Shown: positions 53,890 through 63,319 of the stretch, piece by piece
Layout: every line of letters starts with the position of its first letter
Position numbering within the stretch: the stretch's first letter is position 1
DNA from: a virus
IMG/VR virus record: IMGVR_UViG_3300009132_000005
Location: 3,530 to 67,529 of that record
DNA: 64,000 bases
Direction: 5' to 3' (one strand)
Made by a program: the position numbers and the translations under genes
The notes under the pieces: generated by a model
Database searches by the model: none
The model's input: only the letters and a program-made list of their open reading frames with translations
What the model was told of the DNA's origin: nothing

Positions 53890-54170
53890 TAAATGACGAT
53901 ATGCTAGATACATTAACTGATTTAGTTATAGAAAAACTTCTTTACAAATTTAAAAACGAAGTACATGCTATTACACCTATGAGTGTTAAAGATATACTAC
54001 AAGGTTTTGTTCCGTTCAAAGAAACAGACGAAGAGTTTCTTGTAGCTGAAATGGCAAGGCTTATGACGTTACTACATTTATACGAAGATAAAGAAGAATA
54101 TAGAAAAGCAGCAATAATAAAAAGAAAATTAGAAATAATACAAAATAAAATAAATAAACTAGATGATTAA
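53874..54170 (+). CDS. Protein with UVR (UvrB/C-type) coiled-coil motif
   Basis: EDKEEYRKAAIIKRKL. True start may be ATG 53901 because 53874 lies inside the promoter motif. Confidence 0.55.
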   Translation: MDLDNINDDMLDTLTDLVIEKLLYKFKNEVHAITPMSVKDILQGFVPFKETDEEFLVAEMARLMTLLHLYEDKEEYRKAAIIKRKLEIIQNKINKLDD

Positions 54171-55041
54171 CAAACCAATGCTAGCGCACAAGTTCGACGA
54201 CAAAAGAGTCGACTGGTCGCAACCCGTATACATACAACCTAAGCTTGACGGCGTTAGGTGTTTAATTAAAAGAGTATCAGACTTTCCTGGTCAAGAGCAT
54301 TTAGCCTCTTTCAGTGTAAAAGCATACTCACGTACAGGTAAAGAATTTAAAAATGTAAGGCATATTACAAATGCTTTGAAAGGATTTTTCTTTCATAACC
54401 CTGATGTAACACTCGATGGCGAGTTATACAACCACAAACTAAAAAACGACTTTGAAAAAATTATTTCATTAGTTCGTAAACAAAAACCTACCGATACTGA
54501 CAGGCGTGATGCTCAACATCTCGTGCAGTTTCACGCATACGATTACTTTGATGGTGTCAAATATGACAGCTACAAAACTCGTATGCAACAACTTGTAACG
54601 TCAGACATATATGACGCTCAGATCAAGTATGTACCTGCTAAGTTAGTTGATAGCTACAATTATGCTAGAGAATTACATCAAGAGTTTCTTGATCAGGGTT
54701 ACGAAGGCTCTATCATTAGACTTGATGGTCTGTACAAACACGGTAGGTCTTACGATCTAATGAAGTTTAAAGACTTCAGCGACACTGAAGCGACTATCAT
54801 TGGTTATGAATTAGGTAAAGGTAAAAGGACAGGCACGCTCGGCAAGTTCATAATGCTAGATGACGAAGGTGTAAAGTTCGGTTGTCCACCGGGCAAAGGT
54901 TATACCTACAAGGATTTAGCTGATATGCTCAAAAACGTTAATGACTATATCGGTCAGCGTGCTACCTTCACCTATTTTCAACGAACACAAGCTGGTAGCT
55001 ACAGACACCCGCTGTTTAAATGTATTAGAAATTATGAGTAA
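54163..55041 (+). CDS. lig: ATP-dependent DNA ligase
   Basis: QPKLDGVR (KxDG), LDGELY, FHAYD, GYEGSIIR, LMKFK and RHP motifs. Confidence 0.93.
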   Translation: MINKPMLAHKFDDKRVDWSQPVYIQPKLDGVRCLIKRVSDFPGQEHLASFSVKAYSRTGKEFKNVRHITNALKGFFFHNPDVTLDGELYNHKLKNDFEKIISLVRKQKPTDTDRRDAQHLVQFHAYDYFDGVKYDSYKTRMQQLVTSDIYDAQIKYVPAKLVDSYNYARELHQEFLDQGYEGSIIRLDGLYKHGRSYDLMKFKDFSDTEATIIGYELGKGKRTGTLGKFIMLDDEGVKFGCPPGKGYTYKDLADMLKNVNDYIGQRATFTYFQRTQAGSYRHPLFKCIRNYE

Positions 55042-55144
55042 ATTAATATGGCAACTATACAACGAAAACTTAATATCGGAAGAGGTAGCAAACCTCTTAT
55101 TAGACAAACATTATAATAGATTAAACAACAAAAGATATAAATGA
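55034..55144 (+). CDS. Small hypothetical protein
   Basis: MSKLIWQLYNENLISEEVANLLLDKHY...; bridges the ligase and the next gene. Confidence 0.5.
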   Translation: MSKLIWQLYNENLISEEVANLLLDKHYNRLNNKRYK

Positions 55145-55650
55145 ATATATTTTATTTAGATGCTGATCCAGTTAAAGCTGCAAAACTACAATACAATAAA
55201 CATGTAGTTAAGATGATACTTGAATCAGCTCAAATGCTTTGTACTGCACATCATTGTTATGGTAATGCAGAACAAAAACTAAATGTACCATACAAACAAG
55301 CTCATTTAAATCACCCATCAACCGTGTGGGCTAGAAAATCTAGAGCTACATATAGATGGTTATATTTACATATGATGGCATTAGGTGATGAGTACAGTAA
55401 ACGATATGGAAAAAAACATTTAACAATAACTAAATGTGCTGAGTTCCTAAACGTTCCACCTGTACATATACAAGGTGATGAGTTTACACAACCACCACAA
55501 GCTATGCCAGATGAATACAAGCGTGATTGTGCTATACACGCGTACTGGCTGTACTATGTACACGAGAAGAAAAATATAGCGCATAACAAAGAAAAATTAT
55601 ATGATAAAGAGTATATTAGTAAGCATTTTGGTTACAGCGACTGTATATAA
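55141..55650 (+). CDS. Pyrimidine-dimer DNA glycosylase/endonuclease V-like family protein
   Basis: MNIFYLD..P, KHVVKMILESAQML, HLNHPSTVW, EY..RYGK.H, PQAMPD. Confidence 0.75.
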   Translation: MNIFYLDADPVKAAKLQYNKHVVKMILESAQMLCTAHHCYGNAEQKLNVPYKQAHLNHPSTVWARKSRATYRWLYLHMMALGDEYSKRYGKKHLTITKCAEFLNVPPVHIQGDEFTQPPQAMPDEYKRDCAIHAYWLYYVHEKKNIAHNKEKLYDKEYISKHFGYSDCI

Positions 55651-55942
55651 TGCAGAACCTAACCAAACAGATGACACTCCTTTTATTACAGCATCAGGTG
55701 CTATAATACAAGAGTGTTGTCCAGGTGACCATAGGTGGTTAGCCGTAAGTAGAGATCTTGAAGCTCTTGGTTTCGTATTTGGCGCAAAAGTACAAATATC
55801 AGGAACAGGTAGGTTTGACGGTATATGGACTGTACAAGATAGAATGAACAAGAGATATGTTAGATCAATTGATTTATTAGTTGATGACCACATAAAACTT
55901 GGCAAATGGTACAACGTTAAAATAAAATTATTAGAAAAATAA
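55601..55942 (+). CDS. Secreted 3D-domain (MltA-like) protein
   Basis: Signal-like N-terminus, ATVYN...QTDDTPFITASG, AVSRD, VQDRM and IDL (three Asp). Confidence 0.75.
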   Translation: MIKSILVSILVTATVYNAEPNQTDDTPFITASGAIIQECCPGDHRWLAVSRDLEALGFVFGAKVQISGTGRFDGIWTVQDRMNKRYVRSIDLLVDDHIKLGKWYNVKIKLLEK

Positions 55943-55947
55943 TTTTT

Positions 55948-55993
55948 ATGACACAAGGTATTAATATATAATTAGTAATAAGCAAATGTCACA
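55948..55993. promoter_or_regulatory. TGACA...TGTCA element, copy 2
   Basis: Matches the reverse complement of 48717-48763 and overlaps the ATG of the HTH gene. Confidence 0.5.
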
Positions 55994-56624
55994 AGACAGA
56001 AATTTAAAATGGTTAAATGATAGGCGCATCGTATACAGAAGAGATCCTGATACTGATGTACCTACCATAGAAACCGATCAATATAAATACTACTCTGATG
56101 GTACGTATCAGTGTTATCACTTGTTTAATAGCAAGGCTAAGATAACTACATACAAATCATTGAAGTGGCACATGCTTGTTTTATATTACCTTAATATTGA
56201 TGGCATCGAAGGTGACCATTGGTCATTAGAAGATGACATGCGAGCTGTATTTAAATTTATAGCTAATAAAGAAAATGGTTTTGTAACCTTCTTCATTAAA
56301 CAGAGAATATTACATGAAATGATAGAAGATGTTTTTAACCAAGGTGGTGATCCACCTAATAACAAACTACGTAAAGTAGTATTTAAACCGTACTCTGGGT
56401 TAGACTTGAGTGGAAAATTAAAAATTGTAGGTCAGTTGATAGGTAGATCTTCAAACGTAGACGAAGAAGCTGTTTACCAATGCATGTTAGATTTAAACCA
56501 TTATAATAAGAAAATAACATGGGGTAGAGTAGCAGGTTTACTTGATTGTTCTACAAGAACTATTTACAGAAATTTAACAAAACAATTAAAGAAAGAAAAA
56601 CAAATATTAAATGAAGAGTTATAA
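55986..56624 (+). CDS. DNA-binding protein with C-terminal HTH
   Basis: ITWGRVAGLLDCSTRTIYRNL helix-turn-helix. Confidence 0.65.
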   Translation: MSQDRNLKWLNDRRIVYRRDPDTDVPTIETDQYKYYSDGTYQCYHLFNSKAKITTYKSLKWHMLVLYYLNIDGIEGDHWSLEDDMRAVFKFIANKENGFVTFFIKQRILHEMIEDVFNQGGDPPNNKLRKVVFKPYSGLDLSGKLKIVGQLIGRSSNVDEEAVYQCMLDLNHYNKKITWGRVAGLLDCSTRTIYRNLTKQLKKEKQILNEEL

Positions 56625-57378
56625 CGTATCTAACTATATCAGATGGAAAAAAGATATAGAAATAAAAATACATAATTTACCTGAAGTTATAAACGGTGAT
56701 TTTACTATATATAACAGAGAGCAGATGATAATTTGTTTTACACCTTTAGTAGAAAATCTATCAAGAAAGTTTTCCACTACACAACAAGCATCAGGTGTTA
56801 TGGATATTATGGATTTAATACAAGAGGGTAATTCAGGTTTAATAAAAGCTGTTGACAGGTTAGATTATACAACACTTAAAGATTCTGAAGATCAAGAAAA
56901 AACATTAAAGTCGTTTTTATCTAAAAGAATAAAAGGACATATACGTAGAGCAGTAGATATTAATCGTGGAGACATGAGAATACCTGAACACAAGCTAAAT
57001 GAAATACGTAGAAATTTTGGTAAAGATAAAAAAATGGTATCAATGTTTTTTAATTCTATATTTTTAAGTATAGATGATAAACCAAATCAAGATGATGATT
57101 CTGTTTATCAAATACCAGATAAATCAGAACCATACAATATGAACTTACTTAACGTTTATTTAAAAGGTTTAATGAAAAAGTTTTTAAATTTTAAAGAGTA
57201 TGAAGTACTTAGGTTAAGTTATGGTTTAGACTGTGATAAGCACTCAGCTAAACAAATTGCAGCTGAGTTAAATATTGAAGGCTCAAGCTCTTATGTTAGA
57301 GTTTCGCAGCTTAAAAAACAAGCAGTAAATAAACTAATAGATAATTGTGATCACTCGCAAGTGCTTGATTATCTTTAG
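56611..57378 (+). CDS. Phage RNA polymerase sigma-70-family factor
   Basis: Region 2 DLIQEGNSGLIKAVDR, MRIPEH, region 4 VLRLSYGL...SAKQIA..L...RVSQL. Confidence 0.85.
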   Translation: MKSYNVSNYIRWKKDIEIKIHNLPEVINGDFTIYNREQMIICFTPLVENLSRKFSTTQQASGVMDIMDLIQEGNSGLIKAVDRLDYTTLKDSEDQEKTLKSFLSKRIKGHIRRAVDINRGDMRIPEHKLNEIRRNFGKDKKMVSMFFNSIFLSIDDKPNQDDDSVYQIPDKSEPYNMNLLNVYLKGLMKKFLNFKEYEVLRLSYGLDCDKHSAKQIAAELNIEGSSSYVRVSQLKKQAVNKLIDNCDHSQVLDYL

Positions 57379-57451
57379 GTTATAGAGTGAAAAATCGTTA
57401 AATGATGTTCACTAATATGTAATTATAATATAGACTAAAATCAAATTAAAT

Positions 57452-57964
57452 ATGACTTTAAATGAAAAGCTGGCTCAGATCCAGACTAAGTTTAAATCGA
57501 AGAAAAGTAGATTTAACTCCTTCGGCAAATACAACTTCCGATCAGCCGAAGACATTCTCGAAGCAACCAAGCCCTATTTATTAGAATTAGGAGTGTCAGT
57601 AACTATAAACGAAAAACTCGTTGTAGATACTAACTTTCCTATCATAGAGTCTACAGCTACTGTTAGTGATGGCGACAATGCTATACACGCAACAGCTTTA
57701 GTTGGTGTAGACCTAGATCAGAAAGGTATGCAAATGCCTCAAAAGTTCGGCGCAGCATCGAGTTATGGGAAGAAATATGCATTAGGAAATTTATTCTTAA
57801 TTGATGACACTGCAGACAGTGATGCAACAAATACTCACGGCTTACCTATGGATAAAGTAGCTATACAAAAAGCTAAAAACTTTGTACAAGCAGGTGGTAA
57901 ATTAGAAGCAATCAAAAAGAAATATAATGTAACTCCTGAAATAGAAAAACAAATAACATTATAG
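57452..57964 (+). CDS. ERF-family single-strand annealing protein
   Basis: FGKYNFRSAEDIL and Q..GAASSYGKKYAL..LF.IDD..DSD. Confidence 0.85.
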   Translation: MTLNEKLAQIQTKFKSKKSRFNSFGKYNFRSAEDILEATKPYLLELGVSVTINEKLVVDTNFPIIESTATVSDGDNAIHATALVGVDLDQKGMQMPQKFGAASSYGKKYALGNLFLIDDTADSDATNTHGLPMDKVAIQKAKNFVQAGGKLEAIKKKYNVTPEIEKQITL

Positions 57965-57965
57965 T

Positions 57966-58697
57966 ATGACTAAAAAAGAAATTCTAAAGAAGTTAGAAAA
58001 TGATGAAGATTATTATGGAGACTTCGGTAGAAAGTATTTAAGTAACTCAGACATAGGTACTTTACTTACTAATCCATTAGCGTTTGGTAAGCCTAGTAAG
58101 CCATCGTCAGCGTTTCTTATAGGTGGATATTTTCATACTTGTATACTTGAACCAGATAAATTAAAAAAGTATAAAATTATAGAGTCAACAAGTAGAAATA
58201 CAAAAGCTTACAAAGAAATGTCAGGTGGAGAACTATGTCTGTTACAACATGAGGTAGATGGCATAGAATTAATGTCAGACAAAATGATGTCAAATGAAGT
58301 TTGTAAAAGTTTAATACAAGGTAAAAACAATGAGTATGAAGTTCCTGGTTTAAAAAAGCTAGGTAGCTATATGTGGAAAGGTAAAGCAGATATTGTGAAC
58401 CATGATGATAAATTAGTAATTGATTTGAAGACAACAGCAGATATAAATAAATTTAAATGGTCTGCATCTAAATACAATTACGATTCACAAGCATACATTT
58501 ACAGAAAATTATTTGGCTATGATATGGTATTTATTGTTATAGACAAAACTACACATCAAATAGGTATATTTGACTGTTCGTCTGAGTTTTATGAAAAAGG
58601 CAAAGACAAGGTTGATAGAGCAGAAAAAGCTTATGAGCTGTTCTATAAATCTGAGGGCTTCGACCCTAAACAATATTTCATAAGCAAAACACTTTAA
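57966..58697 (+). CDS. RecE-like PD-(D/E)XK exonuclease (DUF3799-like)
   Basis: LSNSD, G.YFH..ILEP, KGKAD, IDLKTT, Y.YD.QAYIY. Confidence 0.8.
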   Translation: MTKKEILKKLENDEDYYGDFGRKYLSNSDIGTLLTNPLAFGKPSKPSSAFLIGGYFHTCILEPDKLKKYKIIESTSRNTKAYKEMSGGELCLLQHEVDGIELMSDKMMSNEVCKSLIQGKNNEYEVPGLKKLGSYMWKGKADIVNHDDKLVIDLKTTADINKFKWSASKYNYDSQAYIYRKLFGYDMVFIVIDKTTHQIGIFDCSSEFYEKGKDKVDRAEKAYELFYKSEGFDPKQYFISKTL

Positions 58698-58707
58698 ATT
58701 TTATTAT

Positions 58708-58887
58708 ATGGCAAGAACAAGAAAAACGCAAACAAGAGTTTGCTCAGTAACAGGTTTAGAAACTAGTGTAAACAATTTTTATGCTAATCAAAACCATGTA
58801 AAGGCAGTAGATAATCTACGAAGAACAACTGGCGCAACAAAAGATCAGTTGGCAAGAATGTTTAACCAAATTAATCAATACGTATAA
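58708..58887 (+). CDS. Hypothetical protein (59 aa, not in ORF track)
   Basis: MARTRKTQTRVCSVTG...QYV*. Fills the gap. Confidence 0.6.
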   Translation: MARTRKTQTRVCSVTGLETSVNNFYANQNHVKAVDNLRRTTGATKDQLARMFNQINQYV

Positions 58888-58888
58888 T

Positions 58889-59200
58889 ATGGCAAGTATA
58901 ATAGCTACAAGTATTGACCTTACTAAAATACCTAAAGATAAAATTATCGAAGGTAAAAAAGGTAAATACTTACCGATTACTATTACCATAAACGATGAGA
59001 TCGATCAGTTTGGCAATCAAGGTCCTGTGACTGTACAACAGACAAAGGAAGAAAGAGATGCTAAAGTTGAAAAGACTTATCTTGGTAATGTAAAGGTTGT
59101 CTGGACAAATGACGTTAATGTTAGTCCAGCTCCTAAGCAAGAGCCAGTAGCTCAAGCAGCACCAGTTGCTCAAGCTCCGGCTGATGATTTACCGTTTTAA
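58889..59200 (+). CDS. Single-stranded DNA-binding protein (Bacteroidota-phage type)
   Basis: Short beta-rich core, YLGN, Pro/Ala linker, DDLPF C-terminus. Confidence 0.7.
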   Translation: MASIIATSIDLTKIPKDKIIEGKKGKYLPITITINDEIDQFGNQGPVTVQQTKEERDAKVEKTYLGNVKVVWTNDVNVSPAPKQEPVAQAAPVAQAPADDLPF

Positions 59201-59209
59201 ATATTATAG

Positions 59210-60940
59210 ATGCAAGTAGAAAGTAAAGAGATCAATGGATTTTTGATTGATGAGTTCAATCAATATGGCCTTGAAGTGGGTAAAACACAGGGGATTTGTC
59301 CTCTGTGTTCTCACACAAGGAAGCCCAAAAACCAGAAGCTTAAATGCTCTAGTTATGATTGGGAACGTGGTCTCGGTACTTGCCACAACTGTAATTCAAC
59401 TTATCAACTACATACTTACGAACGTAAGGGTGCTAGCGATCGTGAATACGTTCGACCGAGTTTCTCTACAAAAACTCACAAAGCACCGAGTAGTAAAGTT
59501 GTAGAATGGTTTAAGTCAAGGTGTATATCTCAGCAGACTCTCGAAGATTTAAACGTCTCCGAGGGTCCTGAGTTTATGCCACAAACTGGTAAAACTGAGA
59601 ACACAATTAAGTTTAATTACTTCATGGGTAATAAACTTATAAATATAAAATATAGAGATGGTGCTAAAAACTTTAAGTTATATAAAGGCGCTGAAAAAGT
59701 ATTTTATAATATTAACAGTATAGTTAACCATGAAGCATGTGTAATAGTTGAAGGTGAAATAGATGCTTTATCATTACACGAGGCAGGTGTGCCTAACGTA
59801 GTATCAGTGCCTAACGGCGCAACGTTAAATCACAACAACTTAGATTATCTTGATAATTGTATAGATTACTTTGAAGATAAAACTAAGATAATATTAGCAG
59901 TAGATGCTGATGAGCCAGGTCAAATGTTAAAACAAGAGTTTATACGTAGACTTGGTGCTGAGAACTGTTATATAGTAGATTTTGAAGACTGTAAAGATGC
60001 TAATGAGTATTTAATTAAACATGGCAAAGATAAACTTCAAAATGCTATACACAGCGCGCAGCAAGTACCTTTAGAAAATGTAACAACACTTAAAAATGTA
60101 GAAAATGATCTTAAAGACTTTGTTAAAAACGGTTTTAAACCAGGGTTTCAAGTTGGTTTACCAAATTTCGACGAAGTATTCAGTACATACACTGGTCAGT
60201 TCATTACTGTTACTGGTATACCTAGTAGCGGTAAGTCTGATTTTGTTGATCAGATGGTTGTAGGTTATAATAAGATGTATGGTTGGAAAACAGCCTTTGC
60301 ATCACCTGAAAATCAGCCTATATATTTACACGCTCATAAGCTTATGCGTAAAACATGGGGTGATATGCCATCTAGACATGACATAGGTGGTGGTAAATGG
60401 AAACAAGTATCAGATCATGTTAACGACAATTATTACTTTATTGATATGGATAAATATAGTCTAGAATCAGTATTACGTAAGGGTGCAGAGCTTGTTAAAC
60501 GTAAAGGTATTAAGTGTTTAGTTATAGATCCTTTTAATAAGGTAAGAGACATTAATGCAGTGTCAGATGATGTAAATAGATATACTATGGATTATCTATC
60601 AAAGATAGAAGCCTTTTGTAAAAAGTATGATGTTTTAACATTTATAGTAGCACATCCGACAAAGATGCAAAGAGATCAAAACGGTAAGATACAAGAGCCA
60701 ACAATGTATAACATCAAAGGTGGTGGTGAATGGTATGATGCTAGTTATCATGGCTTGTTAGTACATAGAGATTATGAAGCTAAAAATACTAAAGTAAAAG
60801 TATTAAAAGTTAAGTTTCAAAACCTAGGTGAAAACGGTGCTGAATCGTTTTTTACTTGGGAACCAAGATCTGGTTCTTTTGTACCACAAGTTAATGTATT
60901 AGACGAAGACAATGGCGGCAGCGCATTACCGTGGGAATAA
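59210..60940 (+). CDS. Primase-helicase (T7 gp4/Twinkle-like)
   Basis: CPLC..CHNC Zn ribbon, TOPRIM VEGEIDAL/DAD/KDANE, Walker A GIPSSGKS, VIDP, VAHP. Confidence 0.93.
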   Translation: MQVESKEINGFLIDEFNQYGLEVGKTQGICPLCSHTRKPKNQKLKCSSYDWERGLGTCHNCNSTYQLHTYERKGASDREYVRPSFSTKTHKAPSSKVVEWFKSRCISQQTLEDLNVSEGPEFMPQTGKTENTIKFNYFMGNKLINIKYRDGAKNFKLYKGAEKVFYNINSIVNHEACVIVEGEIDALSLHEAGVPNVVSVPNGATLNHNNLDYLDNCIDYFEDKTKIILAVDADEPGQMLKQEFIRRLGAENCYIVDFEDCKDANEYLIKHGKDKLQNAIHSAQQVPLENVTTLKNVENDLKDFVKNGFKPGFQVGLPNFDEVFSTYTGQFITVTGIPSSGKSDFVDQMVVGYNKMYGWKTAFASPENQPIYLHAHKLMRKTWGDMPSRHDIGGGKWKQVSDHVNDNYYFIDMDKYSLESVLRKGAELVKRKGIKCLVIDPFNKVRDINAVSDDVNRYTMDYLSKIEAFCKKYDVLTFIVAHPTKMQRDQNGKIQEPTMYNIKGGGEWYDASYHGLLVHRDYEAKNTKVKVLKVKFQNLGENGAESFFTWEPRSGSFVPQVNVLDEDNGGSALPWE

Positions 60941-61190
60941 AAAGTTTGGCATGGGACATTACATGCCTAATGAAGAAGAGATGAATGCTAGTAGGTGGTG
61001 TCTCAAAAACGATATATGTATAACTCCAAGAGCTATTAAATATGGCGAAAGAATATGGGTTGTAGATATAGAAAAAGGTAAATACCCTAACCGTAAATTA
61101 TTAGGTACGTCTGAACCTTATGGTCCGACTACAATATGGGAAAAGGTATTTGAATATAAATTATATTATTATAAGAAATATGCGAACTAA
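60912..61190 (+). CDS. Hypothetical protein
   Basis: ORF bridging the helicase and the TS-family gene. Start uncertain. Confidence 0.55.
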   Translation: MAAAHYRGNKKFGMGHYMPNEEEMNASRWCLKNDICITPRAIKYGERIWVVDIEKGKYPNRKLLGTSEPYGPTTIWEKVFEYKLYYYKKYAN

Positions 61191-61821
61191 ATTTAATAAC
61201 GCTAACGAAGCATTTAATTGTATAATGCATGAGCTTATAACCGAGGGTGTAGACTTTGATAATACAAAAGCTTTGTTTAATGTAGGTTTTACAATAGAAA
61301 ACCCATTAGACAATCATATTAAAAACAAGTTTAGAAAATGGTCTCATGAATATGCAGAAGCTGAGTGGCAATGGTACTTATCTGGTGATCCTAACATAAA
61401 TAAGCTAGGAGAACTATATGGTAAGATTCCACCTATATGGGAAAAAATGGCTGATAGCAATGGTAATGTAAATAGTAATTATGGTTATCAATGGCAACGT
61501 AATCATCAAATAGATTATGTAGTTGCTAAGTTAAAAGATAATCCAAACACAAGACATGCTGCTATTAGTATATACGACTGTAAAGAGTACGAAAAATACA
61601 GAAAAGATACACCCTGTACTTATGCGATACAGTTTACAATAATTAATAATACATTATGTATGTCTGTGTATATGCGTTCTAATGACATCTGGTACGGTTT
61701 CTGTAATGATCAATATCAATTTTCATCATTACAAAAAATGATTGCAGAGAGACTGTCTATTGACGTCGGATGGTATTATCATCATGCACACAATATGCAT
61801 ATTTATAACGATAAACTATGA
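61180..61821 (+). CDS. Thymidylate-synthase-family enzyme, dCMP hydroxymethylase type
   Basis: EYAEAEWQWY, P.IW...A...G.VNSNYG, catalytic PC, MRSNDIWYGFCND, HIY. Asp sits at the dUMP/dCMP specificity position as in T4 gp42. Confidence 0.75.
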   Translation: MRTKFNNANEAFNCIMHELITEGVDFDNTKALFNVGFTIENPLDNHIKNKFRKWSHEYAEAEWQWYLSGDPNINKLGELYGKIPPIWEKMADSNGNVNSNYGYQWQRNHQIDYVVAKLKDNPNTRHAAISIYDCKEYEKYRKDTPCTYAIQFTIINNTLCMSVYMRSNDIWYGFCNDQYQFSSLQKMIAERLSIDVGWYYHHAHNMHIYNDKL

Positions 61822-62579
61822 CATATTATATTTATCATATTCCGGGTAAAAAGATAGGCGTTACCTGTGATCTTAATAACCGGGTCACAGTTCAACAAGG
61901 ATATTCACCCGATGAATATGACATATTAGATAGCTCTGATGATATAGATTATATATCTAGCAAAGAGATACAATTACAACAAGAGTGGGGTTACAAAGTA
62001 GATATGGTGCCTTACAGAGATTTAAAAAGAAAAAAGAATATGAGAATAAACGTGACTGAACAAACCACAACTTTTCCTTGTCCTGTAAACAAATTAAAAG
62101 GACAGCTTATGGATAACATAGGTATGAAATGGGAAACAGAACATGGTAATTTTGAATTAACAACTGAGGTTGTAAAATGGATAATGTTAAATGTAAAAAC
62201 ATCTATGTTTAATAATGAAAGAAGCTATGTGTACAACAAAGCTCTTTCTAACTTCACAAAAAACCCTGACAAACCTGTCGATGAAGATGTGTTTGGAAAG
62301 ATAAGACAATGGGCTCAAACCAGAGGATTATATGACAAGGGTAATTCACACACACAATATGTTAAGCTTCAAGAAGAAGCTGGTGAACTAGCTAAAGCAT
62401 TACTTAAAAACGATAAACCAGAAATAATAGATTCTATTGGTGATATGGTAGTTGTATTAACTAACCTAGCGCATTTAGAAGGTTACACGATCGAACAATG
62501 TATAGCAACAGCATACAAAGTTATAAGTAAAAGAACAGGTAAAATGGTTAACGGAACATTTGTAAAAGATGAAAATTAA
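61818..62579 (+). CDS. MazG-like NTP pyrophosphatase fused to an N-terminal GIY-YIG-like region
   Basis: C-terminal WA..RGL, KLQEEAGEL, DSIGD..VVL. N-terminal YYIYHIPGKKIGVT.DL..R. Confidence 0.75.
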   Translation: MTYYIYHIPGKKIGVTCDLNNRVTVQQGYSPDEYDILDSSDDIDYISSKEIQLQQEWGYKVDMVPYRDLKRKKNMRINVTEQTTTFPCPVNKLKGQLMDNIGMKWETEHGNFELTTEVVKWIMLNVKTSMFNNERSYVYNKALSNFTKNPDKPVDEDVFGKIRQWAQTRGLYDKGNSHTQYVKLQEEAGELAKALLKNDKPEIIDSIGDMVVVLTNLAHLEGYTIEQCIATAYKVISKRTGKMVNGTFVKDEN

Positions 62580-62880
62580 AACAGAAGATAAGATAGTACA
62601 AGCTGTACTAAGGAAGATGGACGAACGTAGCTTGGTAGGTCAAAAGAAATATGGAGCTACAATGATGCAAGAAATAGAAGGTCAAACAAAAGATCTAAAT
62701 AGATTTCTTGTTGATGTACAAGAAGAATTAATGGATGCTTTATTATATATCGAAGCTGCAAAAAGATGTTTACAAGATGAAATAGAGGAGTCTATGTTAA
62801 AACGTATGGACATCATAGGCCAAAATGGCAATGACGGTTTGCATTACGATATAGAAGTTAATGATGAAGAAGTATTATAA
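62569..62880 (+). CDS. MazG/dUTPase-like all-alpha protein
   Basis: R...G.KKYG...QEELMDALLY. Confidence 0.55.
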   Translation: MKIKTEDKIVQAVLRKMDERSLVGQKKYGATMMQEIEGQTKDLNRFLVDVQEELMDALLYIEAAKRCLQDEIEESMLKRMDIIGQNGNDGLHYDIEVNDEEVL

Positions 62881-63319
62881 AAAGAAAAAACGAGGACCTG
62901 TACAATCAAAGAAAATAACATATGATGGTATTGTGTTTGCTTCGGGCCTCGAAAGATACATGTATCAAGCTTTAAAAAAGGCTAAGATCAAAGCTCTTTA
63001 TGAAGGGCAAACTTTTGAACTAGTAGAGGGTTTTGATTTTCCTTTTGAAGCTTATGAAAGATGTAGCAACGGTAAAGGTGATTATAAAAATAGAGGTAAT
63101 AAAAAAATACTGAACATAAAATACACACCTGATTTTATAGGTAAAGGTTTTATAATTGAAACAAAAGGTAGAGCTAATGAAAGTTTTCCAATGAGATGGA
63201 AGTTATTTAAAAAGCTATTGACAGAAAACAGACTTGGTCCTTTTACTCTTTATAAACCACAAAATCAAAAAGAGTGTGATATGACAGTACAATTAATAAA
63301 AGAAAAAGATGGAAAATAA
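62861..63319 (+). CDS. T7 endonuclease I-like nuclease
   Basis: FASGLE, YE, YTPDF, IIETKG. Confidence 0.8.
   Translation: MMKKYYKKKKRGPVQSKKITYDGIVFASGLERYMYQALKKAKIKALYEGQTFELVEGFDFPFEAYERCSNGKGDYKNRGNKKILNIKYTPDFIGKGFIIETKGRANESFPMRWKLFKKLLTENRLGPFTLYKPQNQKECDMTVQLIKEKDGK

Noticed and set aside
61180-61821. Ordinary thyA call
   Set aside because: Asp rather than Asn at the specificity position and gp42-like motifs favour a dCMP-modifying enzyme.
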